Below, in pieces: positions 34,960-35,899 of a stretch of 35,899 nucleotides of DNA; the first letter of the stretch is position 1; each line of letters starts with the position of its first letter. The translations under genes and the position numbers were made by a program. The notes beneath the pieces are model-generated. The model did not search any database, was not told where the DNA came from, and was given only the letters and a program-made list of their open reading frames with translations. Source of the DNA: Octopus bimaculoides (Eukaryota); assembly GCF_001194135.2 (NCBI RefSeq), contig NC_069005.1:33315756-33351654 (forward strand), written 5' to 3'.

Positions 34960-35075
34960 GGCATGTGGCTTAATGGTTAAGGTATTTGGCTCACGACGTT
35001 ACAATCATGAGTTCAATTCCCAGTGGGACATTGTGTCCTTGAGCAACTTCATTTGATGTTGCTCCATTCCACACA
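34955..35075 (+). mobile_element. SINE family C head (tRNA-like)
   Basis: gtggcttaatggttaag (box A) ... gagttcaattccc (box B) ... gtgtccttgagcaa. Confidence 0.7.
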
Positions 35076-35254
35076 GGTGGCATAATGACAGTGCACCAGT
35101 ATGGCCACAGTCCAAAACCTGAAGCCAATAAAAAAAAACATCTAAAAGAATACATATCAATTACTGAAGCATCAATAAATCTGCAAAACACAGCTGCATT
35201 TTATAATTGCAATGGTGTGCAATGATGTTGCAACAACTGCTGATGTGCAGCAAA

Positions 35255-35450
35255 GTTATTGTTCAGATTAAAGTTTATTTATTCACATGATTTTGAATGG
35301 ATCATGCATTATCTCATGGCTTTGAGATTTAATAAAGTGATTGTTTATTTTTAAGACGACATTGTAGGGTAGGTGTGAGAGGCCGGATCTGGCCAGTTTG
35401 TATATAAAACAAATGGAATATTTGGGCCAGATATGGCAGGTTTAAGCAGA
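35255..35450. mobile_element. Second partial copy of the 9556-9782 MITE
   Basis: atcatgcattatct...gtagggtaggtgtgagaggcc shared. Confidence 0.6.
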
Positions 35451-35650
35451 ATCTTTAGAATTGGTCCAAAGTGTCGATAATGTCATTTTCTTCCCACAAC
35501 AGTTTTTCAAATGACAAGAGTTCCTAACAGTTGATATCACACTGATTCCTCCGCCAAGACTGACCAAAACCAAATATTGAAGACTTTCTGCCAAGAGACT
35601 TATATTTCTAAGAACTGACAAAATGTTTTTGGTTCCTTGTTCTGTTGCAG

Positions 35651-35773
35651 GAGACAAAATTTAGTGAACCAGTACGGTTCCTCAGTGACAAAGACCTGGA
35701 GGTGTTCGGCATGAAATATTATAATTCTGAGATCCACAAGTCAGCATTCTGTCTCCCACAGTTCTCCAAACAT
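35651..35773 (+). CDS. SRM: SRM-like exon 7 (ETKFSEPVRFLSDKDLEVFGMKYYNSEIHKSAFCLPQFSKH); final exon and stop lie outside the window
   Basis: ttgcag / GTGAGT splice sites, 123 nt; KYYN..IH..AF.LP motif. Confidence 0.95.
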
Positions 35774-35899
35774 GTGAGTTGCTTTCTTCTTTAACCTAAA
35801 TTCTGTAAACATAATAAGTTCACATTCATAGCATTGTTTTATGTCTGGCATGAGTAGTAACACAGCACAACCCAGTCAAAGAGTATTTTTTTTTTCCTA

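Overview
Eukaryotic, AT-rich, repeat- and microsatellite-dense animal genomic scaffold with eight N-gaps. The SINE/LINE/MITE repertoire looks like an Octopus (cephalopod) short-read assembly; this is inferred from remembered repeat families, not from a database search. Two intron-containing genes lie on the + strand. (1) The 3' end of a gene with a C-terminal SKICH domain, probably an INPP5K/J-type inositol polyphosphate 5-phosphatase (exons 6879-7013, 7241-7426, 9872-9883). (2) Coding exons 1-7 of a spermidine-synthase-family aminopropyltransferase (30201-35773, 285 codons; the last exon lies beyond the window). The ~20 kb between them is mostly tRNA-derived SINEs, RTE and CR1-type LINE fragments, DNA-transposon relics, MITEs and simple repeats. 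The best lead is the aminopropyltransferase. It keeps the catalytic and dcSAM-binding acidic residues, but has replaced the residues that close the putrescine pocket (human W28, R74 and P242 equivalents), the positions I recall also changed in yeast spermine synthase Spe4. This suggests a neofunctionalised paralog making a longer or unusual polyamine. Secondary leads are a possible uORF-laden spliced 5' leader, a ~165-bp-arm intronic fold-back hairpin, hammerhead-ribozyme-like relics, a SINE/LINE shared tail and a codon-patterned 15-bp repeat. No CRISPR, rRNA or true tRNA genes were seen. Most long ORFs in the supplied track are microsatellite or N-gap artefacts.
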